Positions 23,030-38,419 of a DNA stretch of 64,000 nt are shown here, piece after piece. Source of the stretch: Psilocybe cubensis. Taxonomy: Eukaryota. The notes beneath the pieces are model-generated. The model saw only the letters and a program-made list of their open reading frames with translations. It did no database searches and was not told where the DNA came from. The stretch covers positions 3,348,001 through 3,412,000 of the forward strand of contig CM039001.1 in assembly GCA_017499595.2 (NCBI GenBank). Direction: 5' to 3'. Within the stretch, counting starts at the first letter, position 1; each line of letters begins with the position of its first letter. Made by a program: the position numbers and the translations under genes.

Positions 23030-25605
23030 ATGGCTACATACGAATACGATGAGGCCGGAGTCATGGCCGCGTACTTTATTATCACATTCCTTGCCATGGT
23101 CCTAGTACCTCTCACCATCTCCTCACTCACAAAGATATCCGGTGCGTTGGTACTCTTCTAAATACTTTAATGGCATACATTAATGCAGAGGCAACCACTT
23201 CAGCCAAGGGAATTACCGATGGATGCCAGTGCACACCATGCGTCGAACAGCGCGAAGCTATTAGCAAGCAAGAGCGGGGGTCGTTATTGAATCCTAAAAT
23301 CAGCAGGAGGTGCGCATCCGTCTGTACTAATGGAATCTCAACTTGACAATCTTGTTTTTCAGGACCTATTTCCTACTTGGAGGGTGGTCGTTATTCGCGT
23401 TTGTTTGCTACAGAGTGTCACTATTGAAAGTGGAGAATAAAATCTATAATCCTTTTGAGATTCTTGGTATCTCTACAGTACGTCCCATATCGTTAGTCCA
23501 ACAAAATCATTCTAACTTATGTGGCAGAGTATGCCGGAGAAGGACATCAAGTCACACTTCAAAAAGCTCTCAAAACAATTGTACGTGGCATTCCATGAGG
23601 CTATATGCGCTTTATAATCTAACACGCCTCCAAAGCCATCCTGACAAAGTTAAAGCTACCGCAAACATGACAATTGAGGCTATCCAGGACCGCTTCGTAG
23701 AGATCACCAAAGCCTACAAATCGTTAGTCACCTTTCTTCATATGTCGGAAATGAAAGTTAATTACAGATCCCACGCCCAAACAGCTTAACAGACGAACGC
23801 ATCAAAGAGAACTGGATTAAATACAACCATCCTGATGGTCCCCAGAGCACGTCAATGGGTATCGCTCTGCCTAAATGGATTATTGAAGGCAAGAATAGAA
23901 TTTGGGTTATGGCTGCCTACGGTCTTGTCTTCGGCGGTGCTCTCCCAGCTCTTGTTGTACGTCTAGCTTGCATGTATATATGCGCGTGATATGTCTTGTT
24001 CAACACATTTTTGACAGGGACGATGGTGGTTCGGCAACAGGCAAAAGACGAAGGATGGAATTCATGCCCAGTCAGCAGCAGCGTTCTTCAAGACTATCAA
24101 GGAGGAATCTTCTATGGAGGAGGTGGTGGGTGCTCTTGGGAAAGCATATCAGTGGGAACTCCCAGTTGGCAAGTCCAAGTCCAGTGCAGAAATCGATGCT
24201 TTGGAGAAGACTATCAAAGAGGAAGTTGGTGCCAAATGGACGGAGGTGCGGAAAATTGCTCAGGACTTCAACGGAGAGCTCCACGAGTCAAGAAGACAAG
24301 CTCTTGTCCTTATTTATGCGCATTTGTTGAGATTGGAAGTCAAAGATGCAGGGCTTAAGAAAAGTAAGTGGAGTCGAGATTGTATTATTATTGCAACTGC
24401 TTATCCTGCATGGCGAACTTAGAACAACAACAAGTTCTCCTCCAAACTCCAATGCTCCTTAATGCCCTTCTCAACGTATCAGTTGCTCGCACTTGGCTGC
24501 TTCCAACCCTGTCGATCATGCGTCTATACGGATACCTTGCACAAGCCATTCCCACCAACGCCTCGCAACGCCTTAGGTTGACACAACTTCCACACATCAA
24601 GCAAGAAGATATTACACCGCTACCTGTTAAGGCAAATGATATGAGTGATGTCCTTGCCTCCCTGGAGGAGAAAGATGATCCCAGAACAAAGGATGTGAAG
24701 AAGGCTTTGGAAAAATGGGGACGTGTGGATATTGTTAGCGCTACTTTCAAAGGTGAGTTTTGCACTCGAGTTGTATATTAATCACGATTCTCTGTGCATT
24801 CTGACTTTGAGCACAGTTATTGGTGAACGTATTGTTACTCCATCGTCTATCATATACCTTCTTGTCAAGCTCCGCATTACTCCACCCGGAAGTACACCCA
24901 GCACGCCAGTAGAGTTGACTGTCGACGAGACCAAGAAGGCTGTTCAGCTTGAGGAAGAAATCGACGAAAAGTTCTTGGCTTCGCGGTTAGATGCCGAGGA
25001 ACTTCCATCCTCTAAAACTAACGGTGGTGCAGCCCATGCGCCTTTCTGGCCTGGGGTGAGTATATATGCTCATGCTTAAATACTTGAACTGACTGTAAGC
25101 CCGTTTCTTTTGTTCAGACCCGCAAACCTTCGTGGTGGATTGTTCTCGCCGATGACAAATCCAACCGCGTTGTTGTCCCACCAATGAAAATCACCGACAT
25201 TCCTTACTCGCAGCCGGGCTCGGATAGGGATTATCGCTCGTATAAGATCCAATTCCAAGGCCCACCGAATACGGGTCTGTTTACATGGAAAGTCTACATT
25301 GTCAGCGACACATTCGTCGGTGAAGAAGCGACTACCGAGATCTCTGTGAGTACCGCCGAACACTTTAGGTAACTGTTACTGATTTTTTTTTTGTACAGCT
25401 CAAGATCGAGGACCCACCTGCTGCTGAAGAAGCGCCTTCAGATGAAGACATTTCTGAGCCCGATGAAGACACTATTGCAGGTCAGATGGCAATGATGCGC
25501 GGCGGTAAAGTTAAGAAACGCGTCGAAGAGGAGAGCGAGGATGAGAGCAGTGGAACTGATGACGATAAGAACGACACTGATAGCAGCGACAGTGATAGTG
25601 ATTGA
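23030..25605 (+). CDS. SEC63: ER translocon J-domain protein Sec63, multi-exon
   Basis: MATYEYDEAG start and N-terminal TM segments. J domain YNPFEILGI...HPDK...FVEITKAYKSL, then PDGPQSTSMGIALP. Brl/Sec63 region HAPFWP...KPSWW and SDTFVGEE, followed by an acidic C-terminal tail. Confidence 0.95.
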
Positions 25606-26416
25606 TGCTGATTGCTTGCTTGAGGTTATCCACTTCGCATCTTTGACATAGCTTTGTTCATGTCTTTAAATTGTTTGAAGACATTGTGTGTTTTATTCTA
25701 TTGGTACTCTTGGTGCCGTGTGTTTTTTTGGTATCGACATACTTACAACCTAAATGCTACTATCCTATCATTCAGACCTTCAGGATACTTGACACTATGA
25801 ACGAATCACCTTGCAAGAAAGCCCTGGGGTTTGATCATACCATGCGAGCGGCGGCGGCCATCCATTGAACCATTAGAATTCTTCTGTGAGATAAGATTGC
25901 CTCTTAAATGCACTGCATATATAGCGCTCGTCATTAACTGCAATTCTAACTCGTTAAGCTGCTTGAATGCTCGAAAACGAGACAGGGGCCAACTCTCCTT
26001 TAGTCATGAAAATCTGTCATGATCTCTGGCAAATCATATCTGTGTTAGAGTTTTAGTGATGATTTTAACCAAAAATAGAGGCACATATTAAATCTGATTC
26101 CGGAAACGGACGAAATCTGGGAGTTTTTTTTTTTTCACTTTGCCCCCTTTGTGGGTTCTTTTCTTCATTGCGTTTCAAGACTTGAATGTGGGGCTGCCGC
26201 CCGCCCATATGTGCAATGAATAATGACCTACCTATAACCACAAGACTCAAGCTCTCGGCTGAAACACTATGCGGTCATCTCGGCGCTACGAATACAAGTC
26301 GCCTCTAGCTTATCATAAATAAGCTGGGTTCATTTCGTCGAAAAGCCTTTTCTCTTGCTTTTCTAGAAGATCTTGGACTCGAGCACACCTGGGATACTAT
26401 CTGTATTTTTTCTGCC

Positions 26417-28936
26417 ATGGAGCTGCCACCAGGTATCATCTTTCTTACTCAAAGAGCGCCTAAGATCACTTTGCCCCCTTTGCTCACATATCTCGCTGCG
26501 CGGGTACTGGGTTCGGACTCGCTGTATGGATATCAGCCATCGTGGTGGGCATTGGGCGTTGCGATGCTTGCCAGTCTGCCTCTTGCATTTACCGCTGCAA
26601 TTGTCTGGGATGAAGTGTACATTAGGCTGGACGCCGCTCGCAAGGGTGCAGTTTTGCCTCCTCGCATCGGGGATTGGACTCCAGGAAACATACTCACGCT
26701 CATTAGACAAGTCAAGAGCTTTGAAAGGGGATATCCAGGTATCTATCTTTGTCACTCATCAAGCCATTTGGATTCAATATTTTGCATTAGGAGAGTTTTT
26801 GGAGGATATATGCGCTCAAGTTAAAGCAGGCGTATTCAATAATCGTATATTTTTTGAGAATAGGGTATGTATGCTTCTGGTCGCTGAGATCAAAACTCAA
26901 ACTTATGAAGACATTCAGCTTGTTACAACTGAACCCGAGCATCTGAAGGCCATGTTGGGAACGCAATTCGATCAATTTGAGAAAGGTTTGTCGGCTTTGT
27001 TGGCGCTATTGAATGCTGATTGTCGAGTTAGGTTCTGAAACAAGAACGCTCGTATACCCATTGCTTGGGACAGGTGTATTTGCCGCTGACGGCAAGTTGT
27101 TATCATTCTTACCAAAATTGTGCTCTGACGCGTCCATTATCTCTTTTTCAGGCGATCTATGGAAGTGGGTATCGTTGATAAGTGCAGTTACGAACCAACT
27201 AAAGCCTTTGAATCCATAGATTTCATCGTTCAATGACACGTCCTTATTTCACAAAAGAGCGCATCAGCGATTTTGAAAATTTTGACAGGCATGCGGAGGA
27301 TGCAATTTCCCAACTCAAGGGCCGTCTGCGTGCAGGTTATCCTGTTGATTTTCAGGTAAATATTGACTGAATGGGGTAGAAAAGCTACTGACGCGAACGT
27401 GCTGAGCAGGATCTTGTAGCTCGATTCACCCTCGATTCTGCAACCGTGTTTTTGTTCGGAAACGATGTTAAGTCATTGGCCGGAGTACTCCCATATCCTC
27501 ATTATATCACCGACATACCTTCAACCGAAAGGCAAACGGAAGAACACCCAGCGTTACGCTTCGTCAACGCCTTTGCAGAAGCACAGACAATCATGGCCTG
27601 GCGCCTGCGCTACGGATACATGTGGCCGCTCGCCGAGTTCTGGCACGATAGGATAAAGGGCCCAATGAAGGTTGTGCATGATTTTGTTGACCCAATTGTA
27701 GCGGAAGCTATCAAGAAGAAAAGAGAAGGACATGGAAACGTGAAAGAAAAGGAGGAAGAAACCCTCTTGGAGAATTTGGTCAATTCGACAGAAGACCATA
27801 TAACATTGCGAGATGAGATAATGTCTTTGCTGGTTGCCGGACGTGATACGGTAAGTTCATGATTCGATGTATTTAAAGAAGATTTTTCATTTTCTACGGC
27901 AGACCGCCAGTGGATTAACATTCGTGGTCTATATGCTTGCGGAGTATCCCGAAGTACTTCGTCGTCTACGTGCAGAAGTTCTGGAGAAGGTTGGCCGTCA
28001 TAGAACGCCAACGTATGACGACTTTAGGGAAATGAAGTATATGAAGGCTGTGATCAATGGTAAGTAATGCTTCTTGTCTTTACAATTAAGTATCTTCTTA
28101 TGCTATAGTGGCGCAGAAACGATGCGCCTATATCCTGCTGTGTGAGCACGACTTTTCCGCTTTCCGATTATGATCTTACTGTGGAGCATGATTCATGAAT
28201 AGGCCGTTTAATGTTAGGGCGTCCAAATGCGCAACAGTTCTTCCCAGTAAGCCAGGTTCTCAGGATAGACCGATGTATGTCCCCGCCAATACAAGGTGCG
28301 TTTTGTGTTGATTGTCAAATCTTGGAACTCTCGCTTATCACAAATCAAGGCTGCCATACGCTACTTTTGTCATGCACAGGAGGACAGACCTATGGGGACC
28401 AGATGGTTAGTCCGAATATCGTACGCGTCATGTCAAGGGATATGGCATAAACCAGACTATACACAGCTCGCGAGTTCGACCCAGATCGCTTCTTGGACGA
28501 CAGGCTGCATAAATATCTCATCCCGAATCCGTTCATATTCATTCCTTTCAACGCCGGACCAAGGATATGTCTTGGCCAACAGGTACGCCGAAACTGTTCG
28601 GTTAAGTTTTTTTTTCGAGCAGAGCCTCAAACGTCAGGTGGTATGGTCTAGTTCGCCTATCACGAGATGTCCTTTTTCCTGGTCAAGCTTCTGCAGCAGT
28701 TTTCTGGCATCTCGCTCGCAAGTGATGCCCAGCCCCCGCAATCGCGCCCGCCATCGGAATGGGCGGAGGATACGAGCTACCCAAGGAAACAGAAAGAAAA
28801 GATCAGGCCTAAATCGCATTTGACCATGTATATCGAGGTTCGCCTTTTTTCTCCGAACCGACTTCATGGTTGTTAAATAATTTCACAGGGAGGGCTATGG
28901 GTGACGATGGAGGAAGCTAAAGACATAGATTTTTAA
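26417..28936 (+). CDS. Cytochrome P450, CYP63-like (CYP52 clan), multi-exon
   Basis: MELPPG start; [20 protein letters not shown]-helix [21 protein letters not shown]; heme motif [13 protein letters not shown]-terminal HLTMYIEGGLWV. Confidence 0.93.
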
Positions 28937-29099
28937 TTTCCACGCGGAGTTTAACTCTTTGATGCGATTTGGAAAATTATCGAAGGCAGTTGGGGGGTAT
29001 CAAAGTCCGATGTCTTTCTGCCTAGCTCCACTATAGTATGGGCGCTTCTACGTACTACTAATAATATGTCTAGCAAAGTCATTAACAATCATTCACTAC

Positions 29100-30874
29100 T
29101 TACACAGCAGTGGGCTCGTTCATCTCCGATATCTTATCCATCCGACTTCGGTCGTCCGACGAGCGACGTTTTCCTAATCGGTCATCGCTCTTGTCCGCGT
29201 CACTCATGTCCTCAATGGTAGACAGGGCCCTTTCGCCTCGGATGCGCATTCCGCTCAGGCTGAAGCTCTGGTTCCCGGGTGCTGTCGATGGTACTGCCCA
29301 CATGTCTGTGGTAATCTGTATATCCATGAAGTGACGACTAGTTAATTTACTGATATTGACACTTGGAGAGTAATTCGGTCATCACCTCGCCACTGCCTTG
29401 AATGTCTTTAATTTCCTTTTCTCGGTCTTGAAGAATTCCGAGGAAAGACTGTATATGAGTTCAGCCGAAGCGGGGAAGCTGTTAGCTTCTGATACAAGAC
29501 GAGAGAAACAAAGCCTACATTGGTATATAGTCTTCCTAGAGGAAGCAGAAACACAATGTAAACACTAGTCTGTTTTGATGCTAAAAACAGAATTAAAACA
29601 GCTATTGAAAACACGGCGCTGAAGGATCCTGTCCGCATGAGCTTTCCGGTGATGTGGCTGCTGCGTGACCCAGAATATGGTCGCTTGACTTTTTCAGGGT
29701 TGCTTGGAAAAGCGGGGTATAGTATTAGGCTCGCTAGGGATGAAACGGTTCATATGTTAGGCTAATAGAAAGTTATAATTAGGAATGACACTGACTTGCT
29801 ATCAATATGTCCGCAAGCGTCTGCGCTGCAATCCAAACTGTAACCAGACTGCGATACGTTGAATGGCTGGATAAAACGACCGTTGACGATGTGCGTTTTC
29901 GACGGAGTTGTGGAGAGTGGCTCACTGATTGAACATAGATATCCCAAGCGCGTCTCCATAGATACCAGAGCTCAGCGCCATGACTCCAGCAACTGCACTG
30001 ATGACCATTACACAAATCGAAAGGAATTGTGGAGATTTAGAGGAGTATTTAATTCTATTGTGCTTCGTATAAACCCGGGTGGTACATGAAAGGGTCGAAG
30101 GAAATCGCACCTGAATGCCATATAAAAATGCACTATCAGCCCTGAAATGGCGCTGCACACTGATATTACTGCGTATGTCCATAATTCCACTGTGGCGGTC
30201 ACATTTAGTTACCGCGTCGGTTTGGAAGTGGGGTCGGGGGGAAATACAACTAACCACGACCCATGGCAGTGATATCTGTGTAATTCGTGACACTGCAGTA
30301 GATTAATTACACCCCACAGGTATTAGATTTAGTATTATCACACATACCAGTAAACCCAAATCATATAGATAGCGCTAAATCAAGAGGAATGGGTTCATTA
30401 ACAGAGATAAAGGGAAGCGCAGCGACAAAGGGTGCTTACACCATTGTCTGAAAAGAGTCGACAGAAAACAATGTCCAAACACAGAGTCTAGTAAACCACC
30501 ATCAAGTTTCAGATTCCTGTACATGGAGAAAATATGATGACATACTTCAATATCCATGAATCTTTCCATTCTGACCAAACGTGTTCAACGAATCAGCTAC
30601 GATGTCGAAGTGGATTGGCAGGTGAAATGAAAGGACTGACTGCTATTTCGATACGTCAAGTATTGAAATCCGATGACCCCAGACAAGTATGTGTTGACTA
30701 ATTATAACCATTCAATTTAATATCCAATGACACGAAAATGCAGAGTTGTAGGCGAGTTACCGAATACCGACAGTACCAGAGGACCTGCAGGGAGAGAGAC
30801 GACCAGTCGTTAACCCCAATCTTGCTCATTTAGTAGCAGTAGTTTTTACCAAGGACCTTGTCGTATTCACCCAT
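29100..30874 (-). CDS. Multi-pass membrane protein, DUF6534-like basidiomycete family
   Basis: Spliced start MGEYDKVLGPLVLSVF...VNTYLSGVIGFQY. Also VWIAAQTLADILIA, RTGSFSAVFSIAVLILF and LPLGRLYTN, with a polar C-terminal tail ending 29100. Confidence 0.75.
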
Positions 30875-33570
30875 TATCCCAACATATAACACTCACAGAG
30901 CGCAGACGTAGAAACCTCTACAGGGTAAACTGAATGGGCTTGACTAAAGATTGGGGAGTGGCAGTAGAGGTGGGGGATGCCAGCAAGCGCAACAGCATTC
31001 AAGAACCCGTCTTTTGTATCCACTTCCAAGGGCTGCGTGGATATTCGACTTCTCATTTCCGAACCAATCAGCATATTGTCGAGAATCCAAAAGTTTGAAC
31101 AGAAGGAGAAAGAATATCGCAAATGGAGCGTCCGTGCCGAAGGAGCGAAAAAGTCGGTTGACAGACATCTGGAGAAGCTGAGAATTTAGTTTCAGGGTCG
31201 TCGGCGCCAATTGCCAATTTGACGGCCAGATTTTCGGTGTCCGCCATATCACGGTTGATGTTCCTCCTAAGCCTGTTGCTCTAGACTTTTGAATACGTGA
31301 TGAATGAAGGTGAAAGGGTATGTAGTATTGAACAAAGACACCAGTTGGTCGCTCTAAGCACGATAATTATGGTATTTCATATCCCAAGACGAACAGTTGG
31401 CAGACCACCCACCTAGTGGAATTGGCTGAACCGGCCACCCGGATATATCACCGACTCCGTGGATCTATGCAAGGGTACGGACGATATCCCTTCCTAGTGT
31501 CCTTAATGCTTCTTCATCATCTTGACTTTGTATATCAGTTGAGCCTCGAGTAACAATTCAGAGTGGATTCTAGCCTGAAGTTCCATCAGACATCATACCC
31601 AGCCATCTTCTTAATCAAATGCAGGCGTATGGTGGATATTCTGCCCATGATCTTTCCCTTGGTTGTAATATGTAGCCTTTCTGGCATCCTAAGCCATGAT
31701 TCTGCTAGGTAAGAACTCTGGTTTCCTGTAATGGCTTTGGTGGAAAAGAGCTACAGGCCAGATATTGAGCCAATGTTGAAAATTTAAAGCACTCGAGGCC
31801 TGACCGTCGTCAAAGGAACGCTTCATGGTCGTCATAGTGTTGTACTTAAGCAGACTGCGAAAGCTTTTAAGCATTATAGGAATTGAGCTAGGTCCTTCTG
31901 AGTCACCATGATCAGTAAAGTTTGCGTCGATTCCACCGTACTTGCATTGAGTTTCCTTCAAATCCAATTTTCGAGCATGGCTATACTTGGTCCTCCAGAG
32001 ACACAATTAAACAACTTTCAGACATACCTTCACTTGCTCAAGCTTGGATGTTATCATGAGAGATAATGTTGGGGGAACTGATGGTAGAAGAGAGAATTAC
32101 GACGTACATTTGCGAGTGACAACCTGCAAATGCGATACTGCTGACGTCGGGAGGTTGCGCCGCCCCTGCGGTGGTGGTAGGTAAGTTAGATGAAACCAGT
32201 GAAGGACTGTGTGCGTATTGAGTTTTAAGGTTTCTCTGCAATGTGATTTCTGGACATCTTCTGAAACTATAGGCGATGAGCCAATGCGACGCTTCTGATC
32301 CACGCCGGCGCGATTGGAGACGTAAGGCATTCAACCCTTCACCCGAGGTCCCGATTTTGTGCATCTTTTCTTTTAGAACCTGTTCAGAGAGAAAATTAAA
32401 GCGAGAGTCAGAGCTATCATGAATGTACCATCTTCCATAACTGACTGATGCGTGCAGTGGGAGGCGAGGACAGTCAAGTCATCATAAAATTGGCAACGAT
32501 GTAGAACTCCTCGTCATCTATCAGCCCTCTGAGAGTCTTCGCTTACAATAGCCGAAGGATCCCTCAATCTCTGAAGCGCCTAGGATGTCGAGTGGACGTT
32601 ACAGAGATGATATTGGAGGTACTGTGGGCAGCTCCAATCGAGATTGCGGGAGATTATCGATAGGTACCACACAGGTATTTGACGCAGATGACCAAAGGTG
32701 CAACAAAGGAGGGCTGAATAAAAGACAGATGACAGGCAGCATGCAGGAGTCGCAGGATTTTTCCAGTGGATTTAAATTTGAATGTAGACCCCTGGATAAT
32801 TCAGTTAGTTGGCAGCGCGCGTATTGCGGGGGATTGCAGGTTCATTGCGTCCTAATCGTGCCAAAAAATCCAGACTGAGATGTCTTCGTGTAGAGTACAA
32901 CTTGAATGTATGCATATATTGCAGATAAAGAGGTTGCGTGTATATACCGATGAAGGGCACATCTATGCCTGTTAAGATATTGCGGTTTTCTTCACTCGTA
33001 AGATGCAGCTACAGCACCACTCCGAAACGTGTGAAGCATTCAAAGTTCCTTCGACAAACAAAATTTTCGTCAGAAAAAACATGCTTCACCTTTTGATCTG
33101 CTATCGCGGCACTCACAATTTATGCACCCCGATGAATCCCATCTTGTCTACGTGCTTTAGAACATAAACTCCTCCGATCTACGTTGAAAGTGATGTATAA
33201 ATCTGGCAATTCTGCGGACGATTATAAGCGAGAATATGCGCTCTGATAGCGTGCCTTTCTCGCGGTAATTTACAGAAGCTTTTGGTTGTTCGGTCGCCAA
33301 AAGAGGTTCCTCTTGTAGCCCCTGTATTGTGGCATAGACTCTGAATTTGTCCAATGCTATACCATCCATCGACGACTGATAAGGAGCTGAGATATTATAC
33401 ACCAGGGTGTACACGGTATCGCATTCGCCAAGACATGGTGATAGTCAGGAAGGAAGAGAATGAAAGGGCAATCAGTCGCTTTTGGCAGGTTGCATGTGGT
33501 GCGGCCAACATTGATCAGACCTGTTGCACACGACCACGGCCACAACTTGACAAGTATACTCTGAGCAACC

Positions 33571-34804
<1,234 letters not shown>

Positions 34805-34916
34805 GGGTTTTAGGGGCACATACGACAACATTGTATTTCCATCATATACCAATCGAACATTTATAGCATTTCAGACATCCTTTGGCCAAAACAATTTAGG
34901 AAACCGTGTGTTTTTC

Positions 34917-37476
34917 TCAAAGCTCCTTCATATGGACCCACAGGCCGCCCTACATCAAAGTAAATATCCCGAACCCTTTCATCATCAGTAATCAATCATC
35001 ACTGACCTTGACATACATCGTCAGGTGAGACATTGGGTGAATTTGCTCTCTTGATTTCCATCTATCAGCAGAAGCCCAGTGATCCGGTGGGGGGATGTTG
35101 GCCGATTTGTCAAGAGTAAATCCGGTAAACTGTTGCAAGAGCCGGACTAGGTAAAACGACGCCTCGTTATACGCCAGCTATCCGCCGAGTCAGCGAGCAC
35201 AGTCAGATTGGCTGTAATGTTTTGCCCTTACTTGTTGACCGAGGCATATTCTGGGCCCTGCGTTGAAGGGGCAAAAGATGAACGGGTTTGGTAAGAAATA
35301 CTTCTGCAGTCTCTCGTCCAGGAACCTATCGGGGTCGAATTCAAGTGCTTAAAGTAACCGTCAGATGAGGTTGTGTACCCTTGACGTCTGATGTGATTTG
35401 TAGTGCTCACCATCAGGTCCCCATAGGTCTGTCCGCCGATGGAGGTTTATGACTGTGTACATGCAACTGCTCATAGCCGTAAATTTCTGGGTCGTTACAG
35501 ATATTTGGGAACTTACGAGGTGTTCGCTGGCACATAAATCGGCTTTTCATCAGGTGTAGTAGGGGGCAGCACGACCGGTTTCACGTTTGTCCTGGAGAAT
35601 GGCATGTCAGACGCCGAGGTTTTTCTTGCATTGACATTTGGTCGTGACGACGTGCCTGAAATTGATAGGGCTGCACAGGAAAAAAACGCGTTAATGGTCA
35701 CTGAGGCCTAAGGTTTCAGTGGGAATTTGCTCATTGCTTACACAGGAGGATAGAACCTGAGGACCTCTGCAGATAGGAGTTAATGAACCAAATCCTATTG
35801 GATAAAGTATGCCGCCGACTAACCGTTCAGGAATGCTCTCATATATCTTAAATCACGAATTTGGTCGTAAGTCGGATTACCATTTGGTCCAACGTGGGTG
35901 TATATCTCCTCGCGCAGACGCCTCTCTATATCTGGGTATCTGGAAAGCATGTATACAGAGAATGTTAACAGGCACATGGTCTGTCAAACCTGGATCAGCG
36001 ATTCATCAACCGCTGAAAAGTAGTAGAAATCGTACAGTATCCCGCCCAGCCACAAGAAGGTTGATGAGTTCGTCTTTGATTAATCTCTCGTCTGAAATTG
36101 CTAACGTTAACTTGAAATTGTATGAGGGGCGTTTTTTATAAGATGGGACCCTGCAGACCTTGTGTATTCTTCACAAGGTATCCGATAAGAGTTTCGTCAT
36201 CCATGGTTTCCTTGATTTCTGATGTACCAATCATTTCCTCACGTCCCCCGTTTGTTTAATGCAGCTTGCATTAGCGGTTCTGTGAATTGGTCCATAATTT
36301 CTCGCAACGGCGCCACAACGTCCTTCCAAAACTCGCTGAGAGGCCATTGGTTGCCTCTAATCAGTCGTAGTGCAGTATAACCCATACCTTTAGTAAAAGC
36401 ATCGACAAATGTAGTTGAAGGGTGATTGTAAAATTCGGGAGGATTTTCCCTCGAGGAAGATGGTGGATACGGCAGACCACCAAGGATGGATCCTACGGAG
36501 CCTCCAAATAGAAACTCAGTGCTTGAATCAAGGGTAAATCGCGAGACAAGATCCTGAATGTCAATTGAGTATCCTTCTGAAAGCCTATTCTTTGCTGTGG
36601 CTAGGGACATGTCACAAGTCCTCGCAAATAGATCAAAATGACTGATCCTGTCCTTTGTAAAGAATGGTCTTGTCATAGCACGATGGAATCTGATAATAGG
36701 CGTGAACATGGTTTCGTTCAAGAAGAGTTGCAAAGATACGGACTTCCACATTTCACCTAAATATCATATTAAATGCATTTTCTGCCAAAAACAAACCCAG
36801 ACGCTTACCATCAGCATTAAACACCCCTGTGCCAAAGAATGATTCGAGCTGCGAATATAGCATAGGTCCTTTCTCGAACGATTCGAATTGACTAGAAAGA
36901 ATGGCCTACATTTCACGATTTTAATAATAACCACATCTTCACGTAGGGTGCTGACTGACCTTGACATGACCAGGTTCATCTGTGGACATCTTTCAAATTT
37001 ATTAGTGTCGGGTGATAAAAGGTTTGTATGCCCCCAGCCAGGACGCACTATCGTATTGTTAAGAAAAGTGAATCGAATTGTATGCCCATATAAACTAAAC
37101 CAACGAAGCATGGCATCACCTTCAGAGAATAGGGTAAGATATTTTCCTAGGGTAATAAATAAAAAATACCTGGATAGCCAGTCAAAATTGATTCCGTGAA
37201 CTCAGTGACCAGAGAAAGAGATGATTCTGGGCAGCGTGTCGCCAATTTGGCACCATGTTGGGCAGCAGCGCGTTCATTGAGCCACTCTGAAACATAGTTT
37301 TCAAGCACAAATAGGCACGGTCGTGCAAATATGGACAGCATGATGATCATCCATTGTGGGATAGACAACTTTACATGCTGCCGCAATAGACTTAGTGAAA
37401 AGTAGACGATCACAGATGGTTTGGCAAAGAAGGGTATTAGACTGAGTAGGTACTTCGGCCCTGGAGGAACCTTCAT
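34917..37476 (-). CDS. Cytochrome P450, CYP63-like, multi-exon
   Basis: MKVPPG start; [43 protein letters not shown]; heme motif [15 protein letters not shown]; ends [10 protein letters not shown]. Confidence 0.92.
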
Positions 37477-38419
37477 AGTATGAGAGAATAATGAGTAAGA
37501 GTAGAGAGTGAAAGCAATTTGCCTGGGAAACTATCACGTCCTGAACCGACAGATTAAGTGGGAATAAAACCAAGGGACAATCATGATCTCACTAGTTGCC
37601 CTATCATCGAATGTTGAGTAACACATGCATCTATTACTGCCTGGGATTCAGGAATACAACGCATCAGCTGACACAAGATAAGTCTGAAATAATTTATCTG
37701 GTTATCGAAGTCCTTGGTGATATGTGGAGTTCCTGGGTATTGGTAAGTAACAATCTCGGCCCCGGATGTCGGGAGACTTCCAGCGGAGAACAAACCGGGT
37801 CAAATTTCTTGAGGATGCTGCAAGCCGTGGCAAAAATCACACACTCTCTTCCCCATCAAATTTATCATGGATTTTTCTGCCCGCGACGTATGTACATTTA
37901 GATTAAAATTGTCAACACACCTGCTTAAAGTAACCCTGCTCTGACAATGGATGAGTACGAAACTGAGAAAAGTAAGGGATTTTGCCGAGAGTTTATTGTC
38001 GGAGATTCAACTTTAGAGTTCAGTATTCTCACGACCCGGTGACCCAAAAACTTGAGAAATATTACCCATACTGCACTTTTGTTATGTGCTGATCGAGGAT
38101 CTTCGAGAATGAATTGAATAAAAGGTTGGAATTAAGTAGAGCATTAATCTATATTTTATGCATCCTAAAGTTTAGAAAATCTGTGCTCTATCACAGTCAG
38201 GTACTACTAAGTTGGTCCCACTCAGGGGCTTCGCGACGACGCCTGAACTTGATAGAAAGATTCGAACGATTTGCATTAAACATTACAGAATACCAGAGCA
38301 TAATATCACATTTAAATTAAAGATACACTATCTGAAAAGATGTGGAGATCATAGATTTACATCACAAAGATGACACTACTGTTGCCTGTTGACCCTAACA
38401 GTAAAATATCTTACTTTCT

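Noticed and set aside
31400-32880. Possible minus-strand gene or pseudogene between the membrane protein and FUR1
   Set aside because: Some splice-like signals exist, but the frames contain stops and I recognise no family.
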